Shown piece by piece: positions 39,335 through 49,030 of a DNA stretch of 64,000 nucleotides; within the stretch, counting starts at the first letter, position 1, and each line of letters begins with the position of its first letter. Origin of the DNA: an uncultured virus (IMG/VR IMGVR_UViG_2061766007_000547) (lineage: Duplodnaviria > Heunggongvirae > Uroviricota > Caudoviricetes); the IMG/VR virus record IMGVR_UViG_2061766007_000547. The stretch is one strand, 5' to 3'. Below the pieces are notes generated by a model. The model was not told the DNA's origin and did no database searches. It saw only the letters and a program-made list of their open reading frames with translations. A program made the translations under genes and the position numbers.

Positions 39335-39718
39335 ATGGCTTATATATTTGCTAATACTAATCCTAAGCGCAAAATGACAAATGATTGTGTTGTCAGGGCG
39401 ATCAGTTTAGCGACGGGCAGATCTTGGAACGAAGTGTTCTGGGATTTGGCTGATGAATTGTATAGTGAAAAAGAAACATGTATGGACGCAAATAAGATAT
39501 GGGGACAGTATCTTGAGAAACAGGGTTGTCAGCGTTATATGATCTCCGATCCCTATGTTACACATTATACTTTACGCCAGTTCTGTGAGGATAACCCTAA
39601 GGGTACATACGTTGTAGGAACTGGAACACATGCGGTTTGTGTGATACATGGCGACTATTATGATACATTCAATAGTGGTTCGGTAACTCCTCTTTATTAT
39701 TTTTTCGTGGAGGAATAG
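39335..39718 (+). CDS. small putative papain-like Cys-His-Asp enzyme
   Basis: NP..TNDCVVRAIS ... GTHAVCVIHGDYYDTFNS. Confidence 0.55.
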   Translation: MAYIFANTNPKRKMTNDCVVRAISLATGRSWNEVFWDLADELYSEKETCMDANKIWGQYLEKQGCQRYMISDPYVTHYTLRQFCEDNPKGTYVVGTGTHAVCVIHGDYYDTFNSGSVTPLYYFFVEE

Positions 39719-39721
39719 CCG

Positions 39722-40072
39722 ATGTATTATCAAAATCCAATGTATAACTTGAATACTCAGCAGCAGGCGTCGAACTGTTTTGTTGGAGTATCATGCGAGA
39801 ATGAGGCAAGAAGTTATCCCGTGGCTTATGGTAACAGTGTGACATTCAAAAATGAGAATGAACCATATCTGTATTCAAAGACCGTATTGTCACAGATGGA
39901 GGCGCCGATATTTAAAAAGTATCGCCTCGTTGAAGAATTGCCTCAGAATGCCCCTCAAAATTCTCAGGGGTATGATTTATCCACTTTTGTAACAAAAGAC
40001 GAATTTGGGGCATTACAGAAAGAATTACGGACACTTCAGGAAGCGTTAGGAGGTGTCGGCAATGTTAAATAA
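39722..40072 (+). CDS. hypothetical protein (Q/N-rich N-terminus)
   Basis: GGAGG RBS; EARSYPVAYGNSVTF...FVTKDEF. Confidence 0.65.
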   Translation: MYYQNPMYNLNTQQQASNCFVGVSCENEARSYPVAYGNSVTFKNENEPYLYSKTVLSQMEAPIFKKYRLVEELPQNAPQNSQGYDLSTFVTKDEFGALQKELRTLQEALGGVGNVK

Positions 40073-40262
40073 GCAGAACCTCATGCAGCAGTATCAGCAG
40101 TTGAGACAGAATCCAGCGGCGATATTGTCAAAGAAGTATAAGTTTCCACAGAATATGAACATGACAAATTCAGATGATATTATCCAGTATCTTCTGAATA
40201 CAGGACAGGTAAGCCAGTCGGAATATAATATGATACGACAGGCGGCAAGAGCATTTAATTGA
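40062..40262 (+). CDS. small Q/N/M-rich hypothetical protein
   Basis: AGGAGG RBS before the ATG at 40062; IIQYLLNTGQVSQ. Confidence 0.6.
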   Translation: MLNKQNLMQQYQQLRQNPAAILSKKYKFPQNMNMTNSDDIIQYLLNTGQVSQSEYNMIRQAARAFN

Positions 40263-40355
40263 TATTAAAGTCAGTGCGCAGGGCTTTGATATAAAACGAT
40301 CATTCAATATGGAGGAATGATTGTAAACCTATAATAGTTTTAGGAGGAAATATTT

Positions 40356-41237
40356 ATGGCACTTGAGGACAATGGAATTGTGCCCACAATGCCGTTATCT
40401 CCCAGTAATGGAAGCGGCTTTGGTGGATTTGGCGGCGATGGCTGGCTTATCCTTCTCCTTCTCTTATTCGCTGGTGGCGGATGGGGTGGCTTCGGCGGAG
40501 GTTTTGGCGGTGGCTATGGAAATGCTCAGTTAAGTTATGACTTCCCATGGTTGCTTAATGGTCAGAATGCTATCAATGCTAACACAAATGACGGATTCCG
40601 TGATGCTATGATCAACAACGGAATCAGCAGTATTCAGAATGGTATCACCAGTGGTTTTGGCGATATTCAGACAGCGCTCTGCGGTGGATTTGCAGGCGTA
40701 AATGCAACTATTAACGGCGGACTGGCTGGCGTAAATTCAGCGATATCAAATGGATTTGCAACGGCAGAAAGTTCAGCTAATGCAAGGCAGATGGCTAATA
40801 TGAATCAGGCGTTTGCAAATCAAACGGCAATGAATCAGGGGTTCAATGGACTCCAGAGCCAGATGGCGACATGCTGTTGCGAAAATAGATTAGGACTTGC
40901 TAATCTTACTTCTACAATTCTTTCTGAGAATTGTGCTGATAGAGCTGCTATCTCTGATGGCATTCGTGATATCATCACAAATCAGACAAGTAATACCCAG
41001 CGTATTCTTGATAAACTCTGTGAACAGGAAATAGAGAATTTACGTGAACGTAATATCTCTCTCCAGAATCAGGTAAATATGCAGAACCTTGCAGCTTCAC
41101 AGGCTACACAGACTGCGCAGTTAATTGCTGATAATACAGCACAGACACAGTATTTAGTTAACAGAATCGCTCCGTATCCTTCGCCCGCATATGTGGTGAA
41201 CTCTCCTTATTCAACGCCTACAACGGCAACTGCTTGA
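40356..41237 (+). CDS. Gly-rich membrane-anchored coiled-coil protein
   Basis: GFGGFGGDG-WLILLLLLFA-GGGWGGFGGG, N/Q-rich heptads, CCCENR motif, Pro-rich tail; strong RBS. Confidence 0.75.
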   Translation: MALEDNGIVPTMPLSPSNGSGFGGFGGDGWLILLLLLFAGGGWGGFGGGFGGGYGNAQLSYDFPWLLNGQNAINANTNDGFRDAMINNGISSIQNGITSGFGDIQTALCGGFAGVNATINGGLAGVNSAISNGFATAESSANARQMANMNQAFANQTAMNQGFNGLQSQMATCCCENRLGLANLTSTILSENCADRAAISDGIRDIITNQTSNTQRILDKLCEQEIENLRERNISLQNQVNMQNLAASQATQTAQLIADNTAQTQYLVNRIAPYPSPAYVVNSPYSTPTTATA

Positions 41238-41253
41238 AGGGAGGCTGACGGGT

Positions 41254-41538
41254 ATGCATTCAATAGAAGAACTCGAAAAGCTCTGTCACAAAGCGATGGA
41301 GTCGATAGCGGAAGCAAACAAAAAACTCGAAAAAGACGGCGAAAAGCTGACCAGCAGTGATGCTGAGTATCTTGCTTATCTTGTCAAGATTGCAAAAAAT
41401 TGTAAGATTGTTATAGGTATGGAAGAATATGATGACGGATATTCAGGAACCTATGGTGACGGCTATTCTGGTGCAAGATACAGAATGAGACGTTATAGTA
41501 TGGACGGACATGAACCTATGACATATCGCAGATATTAA
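41254..41538 (+). CDS. hypothetical protein
   Basis: GGAGG RBS; helical N-terminus and a GYSG repeat. Confidence 0.65.
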   Translation: MHSIEELEKLCHKAMESIAEANKKLEKDGEKLTSSDAEYLAYLVKIAKNCKIVIGMEEYDDGYSGTYGDGYSGARYRMRRYSMDGHEPMTYRRY

Positions 41539-41547
41539 TTTGAACAT

Positions 41548-41635
41548 AAAGAGGGGCAGTCAATCCGACTGCTCTTCTTTTATATATATGAGGATTCAAT
41601 ATGGCAATCCCGAATTATCGTGATTGCCTTTTTTT
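41548..41635 (+). terminator. two tandem intrinsic terminators
   Basis: GGGGCAGTC/GACTGCTCT plus T-run (41548-41581), and GGCAATC/GATTGCC plus T-run (41603-41635). Confidence 0.65.
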
Positions 41636-41656
41636 ATTTATGAAAGGGGTGGTTTT

Positions 41657-41881
41657 ATGTTGAAGAAGCTGGCTAAGTTGGTTGATGTTAAAAGTATTGT
41701 AACATTAACACTGACTGGAGTTTTTGCTTATCTATCAATTATTGGCAGCGTGAATGCGGAACAGTTTCTTACGATCTTCACGACAATTATCGCATTCTTT
41801 TTTGGAACCAAAGTCGGTAAGCAGGAAGCTCAGGATCAGGCTGAAGAGGAAAAAGAGAAACATGATGACGATGTTTCCTAA
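41657..41881 (+). CDS. holin-like two-TM protein
   Basis: Two hydrophobic helices (SIVTLTLTGVFAYLSII; FLTIFTTIIAFFFG) and a charged tail; GAAAGGGG RBS. Confidence 0.6.
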   Translation: MLKKLAKLVDVKSIVTLTLTGVFAYLSIIGSVNAEQFLTIFTTIIAFFFGTKVGKQEAQDQAEEEKEKHDDDVS

Positions 41882-41909
41882 TATATAACGAAAGGATAAC
41901 AAGGATACT

Positions 41910-42086
41910 ATGGAAGAAAAAGAAATTAAACAGGCAAGAATGGAGTCGTATTTTCATGAGAGCTGGGCGAGATGTCCGTACTGTGACACGGCTAACGATA
42001 TGGTCGGTGCTGTTCCAGTAGAAAAGCGCAAAGGATATCAGGTGTATAGCTGCGAAAAGTGCGGCGGTCTGTTTACAGTGAGGTGA
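41910..42086 (+). CDS. small Zn-ribbon protein (58 aa, not in ORF track)
   Basis: MEEKEIKQARMESYFHESWARCPYCDTANDMVGAVPVEKRKGYQVYSCEKCGGLFTVR; AAGGA RBS; fills the gap exactly. Confidence 0.65.
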   Translation: MEEKEIKQARMESYFHESWARCPYCDTANDMVGAVPVEKRKGYQVYSCEKCGGLFTVR

Positions 42087-42089
42087 AGT

Positions 42090-42593
42090 ATGGAAACAAA
42101 ATTTGTAAGTTGTGATACGTCAACCAATAATAGTGGGCTGGCGTTGTTTGTTGAGGGTAAATATAAAGATCATGTGTTAATTAATAAGTCAAAAATTAAA
42201 GATACTTATGCTCGTATTAATGCCATGTGTCTGGATATTTACGAACAGTTAGACAAATGGAAGCCCGATGTATTGTGGATAGAACACCCTCAAGGACACG
42301 GCTCGAATGTTGATATGGTCGGTAAGTTATGTGAAATTCTTGGTGCAGTCCGCATGTGGTGTCTGGTTAATAAGTGTGAATACAATGAAATTTTGCCAAC
42401 CGAATGGCGTAAGTATGCTGGCTTTAAACAGGGCGGTGCTAAGCGTGAAGAATTAAAACAGATGAGCATTGATTATATTTATGACAAGCTCGGTATCCGT
42501 GAGGGCAATGATGTAGCTGATAGTATAGCTCTGGGCTATGCGGTGATTAACTGGTTTAAAAATGCTGATAAGGAGAATAATGATGAAGGTTGA
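42090..42593 (+). CDS. ruvC: RuvC-like Holliday junction resolvase
   Basis: VSCDTSTNNSGLALF, WIEHP, PTEWRK, DVADSIALG. Confidence 0.8.
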   Translation: METKFVSCDTSTNNSGLALFVEGKYKDHVLINKSKIKDTYARINAMCLDIYEQLDKWKPDVLWIEHPQGHGSNVDMVGKLCEILGAVRMWCLVNKCEYNEILPTEWRKYAGFKQGGAKREELKQMSIDYIYDKLGIREGNDVADSIALGYAVINWFKNADKENNDEG

Positions 42594-43041
42594 AGAATTT
42601 GTTACTGAGTTAAAGGCAAATATAGATAAAAAGGAAGAAGTATGCAGGAAACATGTTAAAAAAGTTTATGTATCATTTTTGGATAAAGTTCTTGATTGTC
42701 AACGTATTATCAATGCAACAATGGAAATTCCTGATAAGAACGATGAGACCAAAAGGATATTTAGACAGAATACACCAGCAAGAGCATTACAGTTTAACAT
42801 GGTTATGCTCATGCATTATACTGATCTTGAGATTGACGAGGGCGCATTGATTGCTCAGTATGATATGTTGGACGAGGTAGGGGCATTAGAGCCGTTGAAT
42901 GCAGTATTGCCACAGAATGAGATAAATGAGTTTACTACTCTTCTATCAATGACAGCTGATGATTATGTTGCTAATCATAGATCATTAGTGTCATATATTG
43001 ATATGTGGATGAACATGCCTGTTAAGGTAGATAAAGAATAG
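42580..43041 (+). CDS. hypothetical protein (possible tail assembly chaperone)
   Basis: AAGGAG RBS; lies upstream of the tape measure gene. Confidence 0.5.
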   Translation: MMKVEEFVTELKANIDKKEEVCRKHVKKVYVSFLDKVLDCQRIINATMEIPDKNDETKRIFRQNTPARALQFNMVMLMHYTDLEIDEGALIAQYDMLDEVGALEPLNAVLPQNEINEFTTLLSMTADDYVANHRSLVSYIDMWMNMPVKVDKE

Positions 43042-43097
43042 GGAGAAGGTGTAGGCGGGTGTTCGACTCCCCGCCCTCCTATTAGTGAGGTGATATT

Positions 43098-43670
43098 ATG
43101 GCTAAAAAGAAATTCAATAAATATATTGAGGAAAAAAGTAAGCCTTTGATCCAAGCAACATTAAAAAAGGCAAAACGTGATTTTTATAAATGTGCGCTTA
43201 GAACTAATAATATATTGTATAAAGAAGTTACTGCAATGTATGATACATTAATTAAGCAATTTTATCAATATCATACTAGTAGTTATGTTAGACATTGGGA
43301 ATTTGTTCCTGGCACTGAAGAGGGACAAAATCTATATTTTGGTAAAAATTTTAAGAAGGATAATCATTATAGAATATCTCCACTTTTAATAGTAGAATTT
43401 TCTGGTAATGAAATGGAGGGTGGATATCAATATCATACACCAGATGAGGTATTGCAATATGTTATGAATGGTATTAGATTTGCGACAGGTCAAGGATATA
43501 TCATGATGGCTGAAACGGATTTTCATTATATTGGACGATGTTTTGCATATCAAGGTGATACAATTCAAGGAGCATTTGATATGCTACATAAAAAATGGAA
43601 AGATATATCTAGTGATGTTTTTTATTCTATGTGGGACGATTATGTAAAACAATGGAAGGAGAAAGAATAA
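43098..43670 (+). CDS. hypothetical protein
   Basis: GAGGTG RBS; directly abuts the tape measure gene. Confidence 0.6.
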   Translation: MAKKKFNKYIEEKSKPLIQATLKKAKRDFYKCALRTNNILYKEVTAMYDTLIKQFYQYHTSSYVRHWEFVPGTEEGQNLYFGKNFKKDNHYRISPLLIVEFSGNEMEGGYQYHTPDEVLQYVMNGIRFATGQGYIMMAETDFHYIGRCFAYQGDTIQGAFDMLHKKWKDISSDVFYSMWDDYVKQWKEKE

Positions 43671-46600
43671 ATGGCACGATATAGTTATCAACATATAAGT
43701 AAAGAAATAGTTGGTGAACTTGAACATGATTTGCGAGAAGAAATTTCTAAAATTGATCTCCCAGGTATTATTCGAGATTCGTTAAAGAAGTTTCATATTG
43801 ATATTGAAGATATAGATATTCAGGATAAAAATTTTAAACTTGCTCTTGAACGTGGTTTGTTTTATGCGTTGAACCAAGTTAAGCGTGATATTAAAGTCGA
43901 TATGGGCGCTATTGATCTTGAAGAATTTGTCTCGTTGGATAGAGATGCGATGAATAAGAAATTAAAAGAACTGTATGGTGGTATGCAAAAAGCAATTAAA
44001 GAAAATGATAAAGAATTGGCTCGTCAATTCAGAGATGATTTCTTTGCTGCCATGACAGTTGCTACCGCAAATAATATTCCGTTTCTTAAAGAGTTTTCTG
44101 CACAATGGAAAAAAGCATATAAAGATGCTTTAGACGATATAGATCAGGCAACACAAACGAGATTCCAGAAACTGCAAATTGAAATTCAATCCCGTTTAGA
44201 AGATATGCAGAGAGCAAAGATTATTGCTGAAAATACGACAGCTCACTTACGTCAAAAGGGACATTCTGACGAAGAAATACAAACATTATTAAGTAATTTT
44301 CCACAGTTAAGTGCTGTAGCTAAAAATGCAACAAAGTCGCAAAAAGAATTTCAAGAAACTGTGGACGATACCAATTCTAGTATTGATGTTAACGGCAAGT
44401 CTTTACGTGAACTTGTTGAGTTATATCAACAGTTGGGAACGAATGGTGGAACGCAAAAGAGCTTAGAAGAAGTATCTAATGCAATTTTAAATATTGTTAA
44501 GGCTGAACGTCAACTTGATCCTGATGAAATGAGTCGTTTTACCGAGATTTTACAAAAGTTGACGGCGTCTGGTGAAGGTGGCGATATTGCAGATAGATCA
44601 TTTTCTATTGATGAGGCGATGAAGGCTTTATCTGAAGTTGAAACAATAGAAAGCAAGTTAAAACGTGCTCATCAAGATAATGTAAATCTCAAAACTCGTA
44701 TTGACGATCTTGAAGAACAACTTGAAATTACTAATGACCTTTCAGAAAAAATTGAATCAGTTAATGATGATTTAAGAGAACGCAATAGACTTTTAGAACA
44801 GGAGCGTAATACTCTTAGTAATAATCTTGAAGAAGAGAAAGAAAAAACTGCGGAACTTAAAGAACAAAATAAGTTATTAGAAGAACAGAGAAATGATGCT
44901 GAATATGACGCACAACATTCTAATTGGTTGGCTAATGAATATGCTAATAAAGCGTGGGACGCTGAAGATGAATTAAAAGCGGCAAATACACAAATTGAAG
45001 AATTAAAAGATAAGCTGAAAGATGTTAGTGCATTATCTCAAAATGAGGTAGAAGCTTTGCAAGAACAAGCTGCAGAGTTACGTGCCAAGGTTGAACTGCT
45101 TGAAGAATACAATGAATATTTGAGAAACAATAATATTGGAGAAGGGTGGGCAATGGCTTCAAGTTTTGAACGCGATCTTGATGATGCGCGTGATAAAATT
45201 GAAGATCTTGAAAATCAATTAAAAGAAGCAGCAAAAACGTCTCAAAATATTATGTCTGCTGGCGGCATACTTGATCCCGCTAATACTTCACAACTTGTTA
45301 ATTCTTTAGAAAAAATATCTAATGTTCTTGAGGATATCCGTGCAACGTTGGGTACGATTGATGATAATAATGGTTTTAAAAATCTTGTTACAAGTATTGA
45401 TGAACTTTTAGGTAAACTTGAGGCTATACAATCTAAAGTTGGTACTGGTGTTTATAATGTTCAGGTTCATCAAGGTGTAAGTCGAGAAGCGCTTTCGGCG
45501 TCGCAGGCAAGCGATTCGTATATTAGAGATACATATTCAAGATATGCAAATGCTTTTCAAAATATCACTGCTAAAGCTGGCAGTGAAGAAATATTGTTTT
45601 CGTATATTAATTCAGCTATTAATATTGCTGGTGGTATTGACGCATTACAGGAGGCATTTGGATCAATAAATGTTGCGCAAATAAATTCATCCGAAGAACG
45701 TATTCAGCGTCTTATGAAATTCTTTGGTGTTTTGCGTGAAGCAATGCAATCTCCGTATTTTGGACTTGATCTTAAAGGTGTTAAACTGCCAGCTTCTGAT
45801 GATGCTACTTTTAGATCTAAATTGAAAGAAATGAGTTTGTCAACTAAAACTGGTGATGAGTTGACTAATTTGACAGATGATACTGCAGAATTATCAAAGA
45901 TTGTTAATAAACTTGAAGAAATACGTGATCTTTTAAATCAGATTGTACAAAATAATAGCTTAAACGAATTGTTTACTTCTGCTGCAGATAAGCTTAATGA
46001 ATTATTAATAGGCTTAAAAAATATAGGCTTTGTTAGTGATGAAAGCAATATATTACGTGAATTAAAACAAGAACTTGAGGGTGTAGCACAGGCAATCCGT
46101 AATAAAAATGAATTGTTTGAAGCCGAGGACAATATAGTTTTTGGCACTATCAATTCAGAAATTGAAGTTCTTGAAACTTTGCGTCAGAAAATTGATAATG
46201 TAGTACAGGCAGTTCGTGCTAAAAATAACGAATTTGAAATTGAGGGCACTGTTGCAACACAAAGTATTCAAAAGGAAATTGATGCTCTTACTGAATTAAA
46301 GAATGTATTATCTGGACAGCTTACATCGCAAGGCGCAGGTGAAGAGCTTGATTCATTTAAGCAGCTTAAGGATATTATTAATGATATTCAGAGTGCTATT
46401 GATAATAAAACAGCTTCATTATCAAAAGAAATTGAAACTGCGGTTAATGAACTTCCGCAAGAAATTCTTTTATTTGAATCTTTGCGTAATACTATAGAAT
46501 TTATAAGTCAGCGTATAGCTGTTATTAATCAAGGCATAAGTAGGATTTCTAGCTCTGGTATGCTAAATGATTACAGGCAACAGGAAAGAAGAACTCAACA

Positions 46601-47843
46601 GCAGGCAGATCAGGATAGACGGCGTCAAGAAAGAGAAGAACAACAGAGACAAAGAGAGGCTCAGAGAGCTGCTGAAAGAAGGCAGCGTGAAGAACAAGCT
46701 AATATTAATAGACAGTCACGTAGAGTTGTTCAATATTATAAGAGCCTTGAAAGAAGTGAGGAAAGATATCAAAATCTTCTTGCAAAACGTAATGCTGGTG
46801 AAACTTTAACTCAACCTGAAAATTCACGTTTAGTTATGCTACAGGGTGAGCGTGATATGCAGGAGCAGATTTTAGCAACACTCCAGCAGGAAACTGAAGA
46901 AGTTATTAGAGAACGTGATGAATATGAACAGTTACGAGATCGTGCAATTGAAGCTGCACGTTATTCTTTAAATCAGAAATATATTAATGATATTACAAAG
47001 AATATGCGTAGCCTTCAGGCAAAAATTGACTCTGGTAAATATACAACCTTTTCTTCAAATGTAGCTCGGCAGGGCTTAAATGATATTAGAGATAATAGCG
47101 GATATTTGCAAGAAGAAAATGTTGATGCGTTAAGAACTTATATATCTTTGTTGGCTAATTTAGATAAACAGTTAACAAAAACTGCTAATAATACTAAGTT
47201 GACAAAGATGCTTGTGGACGTCAATACTGTAATTGCTGATAATTCTAAGATGTCTAGAGAATTAATGAGCGATTTCAGAAATCTTGCTGTGCAGATTCAA
47301 GATGCGATTGATACGGGTGCGCCTGCAGAGCAAATACAGGCATTATCACAGCGATTTTTGCAGCTGAAAAGTGCAATGATCAGTACTGGGCAAACTGGCA
47401 AATCATTTATTAATACAATTAAAAATGATATTTCGCAAGCTTCTGCTCGAATGATTGCACAATATATGTCATTCCAAGATTGGATAAGATATATACGATT
47501 GGCTATTGAGGCTGTTATGGAACTTGACAGTGCATTAACACAGTTAAAGATTGTTAGCGGTGCAACTGACGGTGCATTACAGGGCGTGGCAAGAGATGCG
47601 TATACTCTTGCAAATAATCTTGGTATGAGTACAGCCGAGGTTGTATCTTCTATCACTGAATGGAGACGTTTAGGTAAGACTATTGACGAATCTATGATAT
47701 TGGCTGAGCAGGCTGCAAGACTTTCAACTGGTGGTTTGATGGATATCAATAGTGCAACTACCGCTCTCGTATCTTCAATGCAGGCATTTGAAATGGGTGC
47801 TGAAGAAGCAAGTAGAATAGTTGATCAGTATATTTATTTGGGT
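43671..47843 (+). CDS. tape measure protein, exon 1
   Basis: Long coiled coil ending in the TP901-type TMP core (ELDSALTQLKIVS...EWRRLG...IVDQYIYLG). Confidence 0.85.
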
Positions 47844-49030
47844 AAATAATTGCCCATAGATAACTATATCGGTTAAAGGCTGGGGACAGTTAAGACCGAG
47901 GAAAGGTAATATGTTCATTATTATCATCCTGAAAGGGGTGATTTTTTATTATTAAAAAAGATCGTACTGGTGAAAAATTTGGTTATTTAACAGTTATTGG
48001 TATGATACAAAAACCAAACAAGGATAATAAATTAAATACTTTTTGTAAGTGTCAATGTGTATGTGGAAATATTGTTAACAAATCATATTCTGATTTAAAA
48101 CGTTCATCTATCGTTTCATGCGGATGTCGTTTGTATGAACGTAATGAAAAACAGGTTTGTAATATGACTGGGCGTAGATTTGGTAGATTAACTGTTTTAT
48201 CTGATTATCGTTCTGATCAAAAACACAGAAGATTATTATGCAAGTGTGATTGTGGCACTATTAAAGAATATAATAAAACAGATGTGACTTCTGGTCATAC
48301 AAAATCATGTGGGTGTTTATGGATGGACGATTGTTGTCATGCAAATGAAAAAGATTGGACAGGACAAATATCAGAAGCTGGTGTTAAATTTATATCAAAA
48401 GCACATATGAATAAAAAGGGACAATGGTTGTGGAATTGCGAATGTCCGTTATGTCATAGTGTTTTTATTATTTTACCAGCAAAAGTAATGTCTAATCATA
48501 CTTCATCTTGTGGATGCAGAATTAAATCTTTAGGAGAACAATTTATTAGGGAAATATTGGAAGAAAATCAAGTTGAATATATTCCACAGTATTCTTTTGC
48601 AGATTGTCGAGATAAGAAGAAATTAAGATTTGATTTTGCATTATTAAAAAATGGAAAAGTTTTTTATCTGATTGAATTTGATGGTGGGCAACATTATCAA
48701 CCAGTAAAATATTTTGGTGGTCAAGAACAATTTGATAAACAACATGCACGTGATTTATTAAAAGATGAATATTGTAAACAAAATAATATTCCACTTACAA
48801 GAATAAAATATACATTAAGTAAAAATACAATTAAAAAGATGATAATGAACATATTGAATCCGTAACGACTGCAGGATATATATGGTAACATATATATTGA
48901 AGTTATCTCAATTCGTATGAATTGCAATATACAGTCTGGACTCACGATATAATCTAATAATGAAACGTGAGAAGTAGCCAGAAATGACTACTCGCCTAAT
49001 AAATCATTAGGTCACAAAAGTAACAGGACG
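47844..49030 (+). mobile_element. group I intron in the tape measure gene
   Basis: P1 UGGGU/GCCCA with U47843.G; P3 AGAUAACU (47858)/AGUUAUCU (48901); P4-5 UCGGUU..GACCGA; P7 GACUG (48867)/CAGUC (48932); terminal G at 49030. Splicing restores ..YIYLG-NNYAITSEGLA.. Confidence 0.88.
47951..48865 (+). CDS. intron-encoded endonuclease: three Cys-rich repeats plus a Vsr/DUF559-like nuclease domain
   Basis: Repeats TGxxFGxLTV..CxCxCG..SCGC; C-terminal SLGEQFI..LRFDF..LIEFDGGQHY..DLLKDEYC..IPLTRI. The frame extends upstream of the ATG at 48002; start uncertain. Confidence 0.75.
   Translation: MKKDRTGEKFGYLTVIGMIQKPNKDNKLNTFCKCQCVCGNIVNKSYSDLKRSSIVSCGCRLYERNEKQVCNMTGRRFGRLTVLSDYRSDQKHRRLLCKCDCGTIKEYNKTDVTSGHTKSCGCLWMDDCCHANEKDWTGQISEAGVKFISKAHMNKKGQWLWNCECPLCHSVFIILPAKVMSNHTSSCGCRIKSLGEQFIREILEENQVEYIPQYSFADCRDKKKLRFDFALLKNGKVFYLIEFDGGQHYQPVKYFGGQEQFDKQHARDLLKDEYCKQNNIPLTRIKYTLSKNTIKKMIMNILNP

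Noticed and set aside
29433..43081. Bona fide tRNA genes
   Set aside because: Both T-loop elements lack an anticodon arm and a full cloverleaf; they are reported only as tRNA-like.
42580..43670. Programmed -1 frameshift tail chaperone pair before TMP
   Set aside because: The two ORFs are separated by a gap with a hairpin and a separate RBS; no convincing slippery site at the end of the first ORF.
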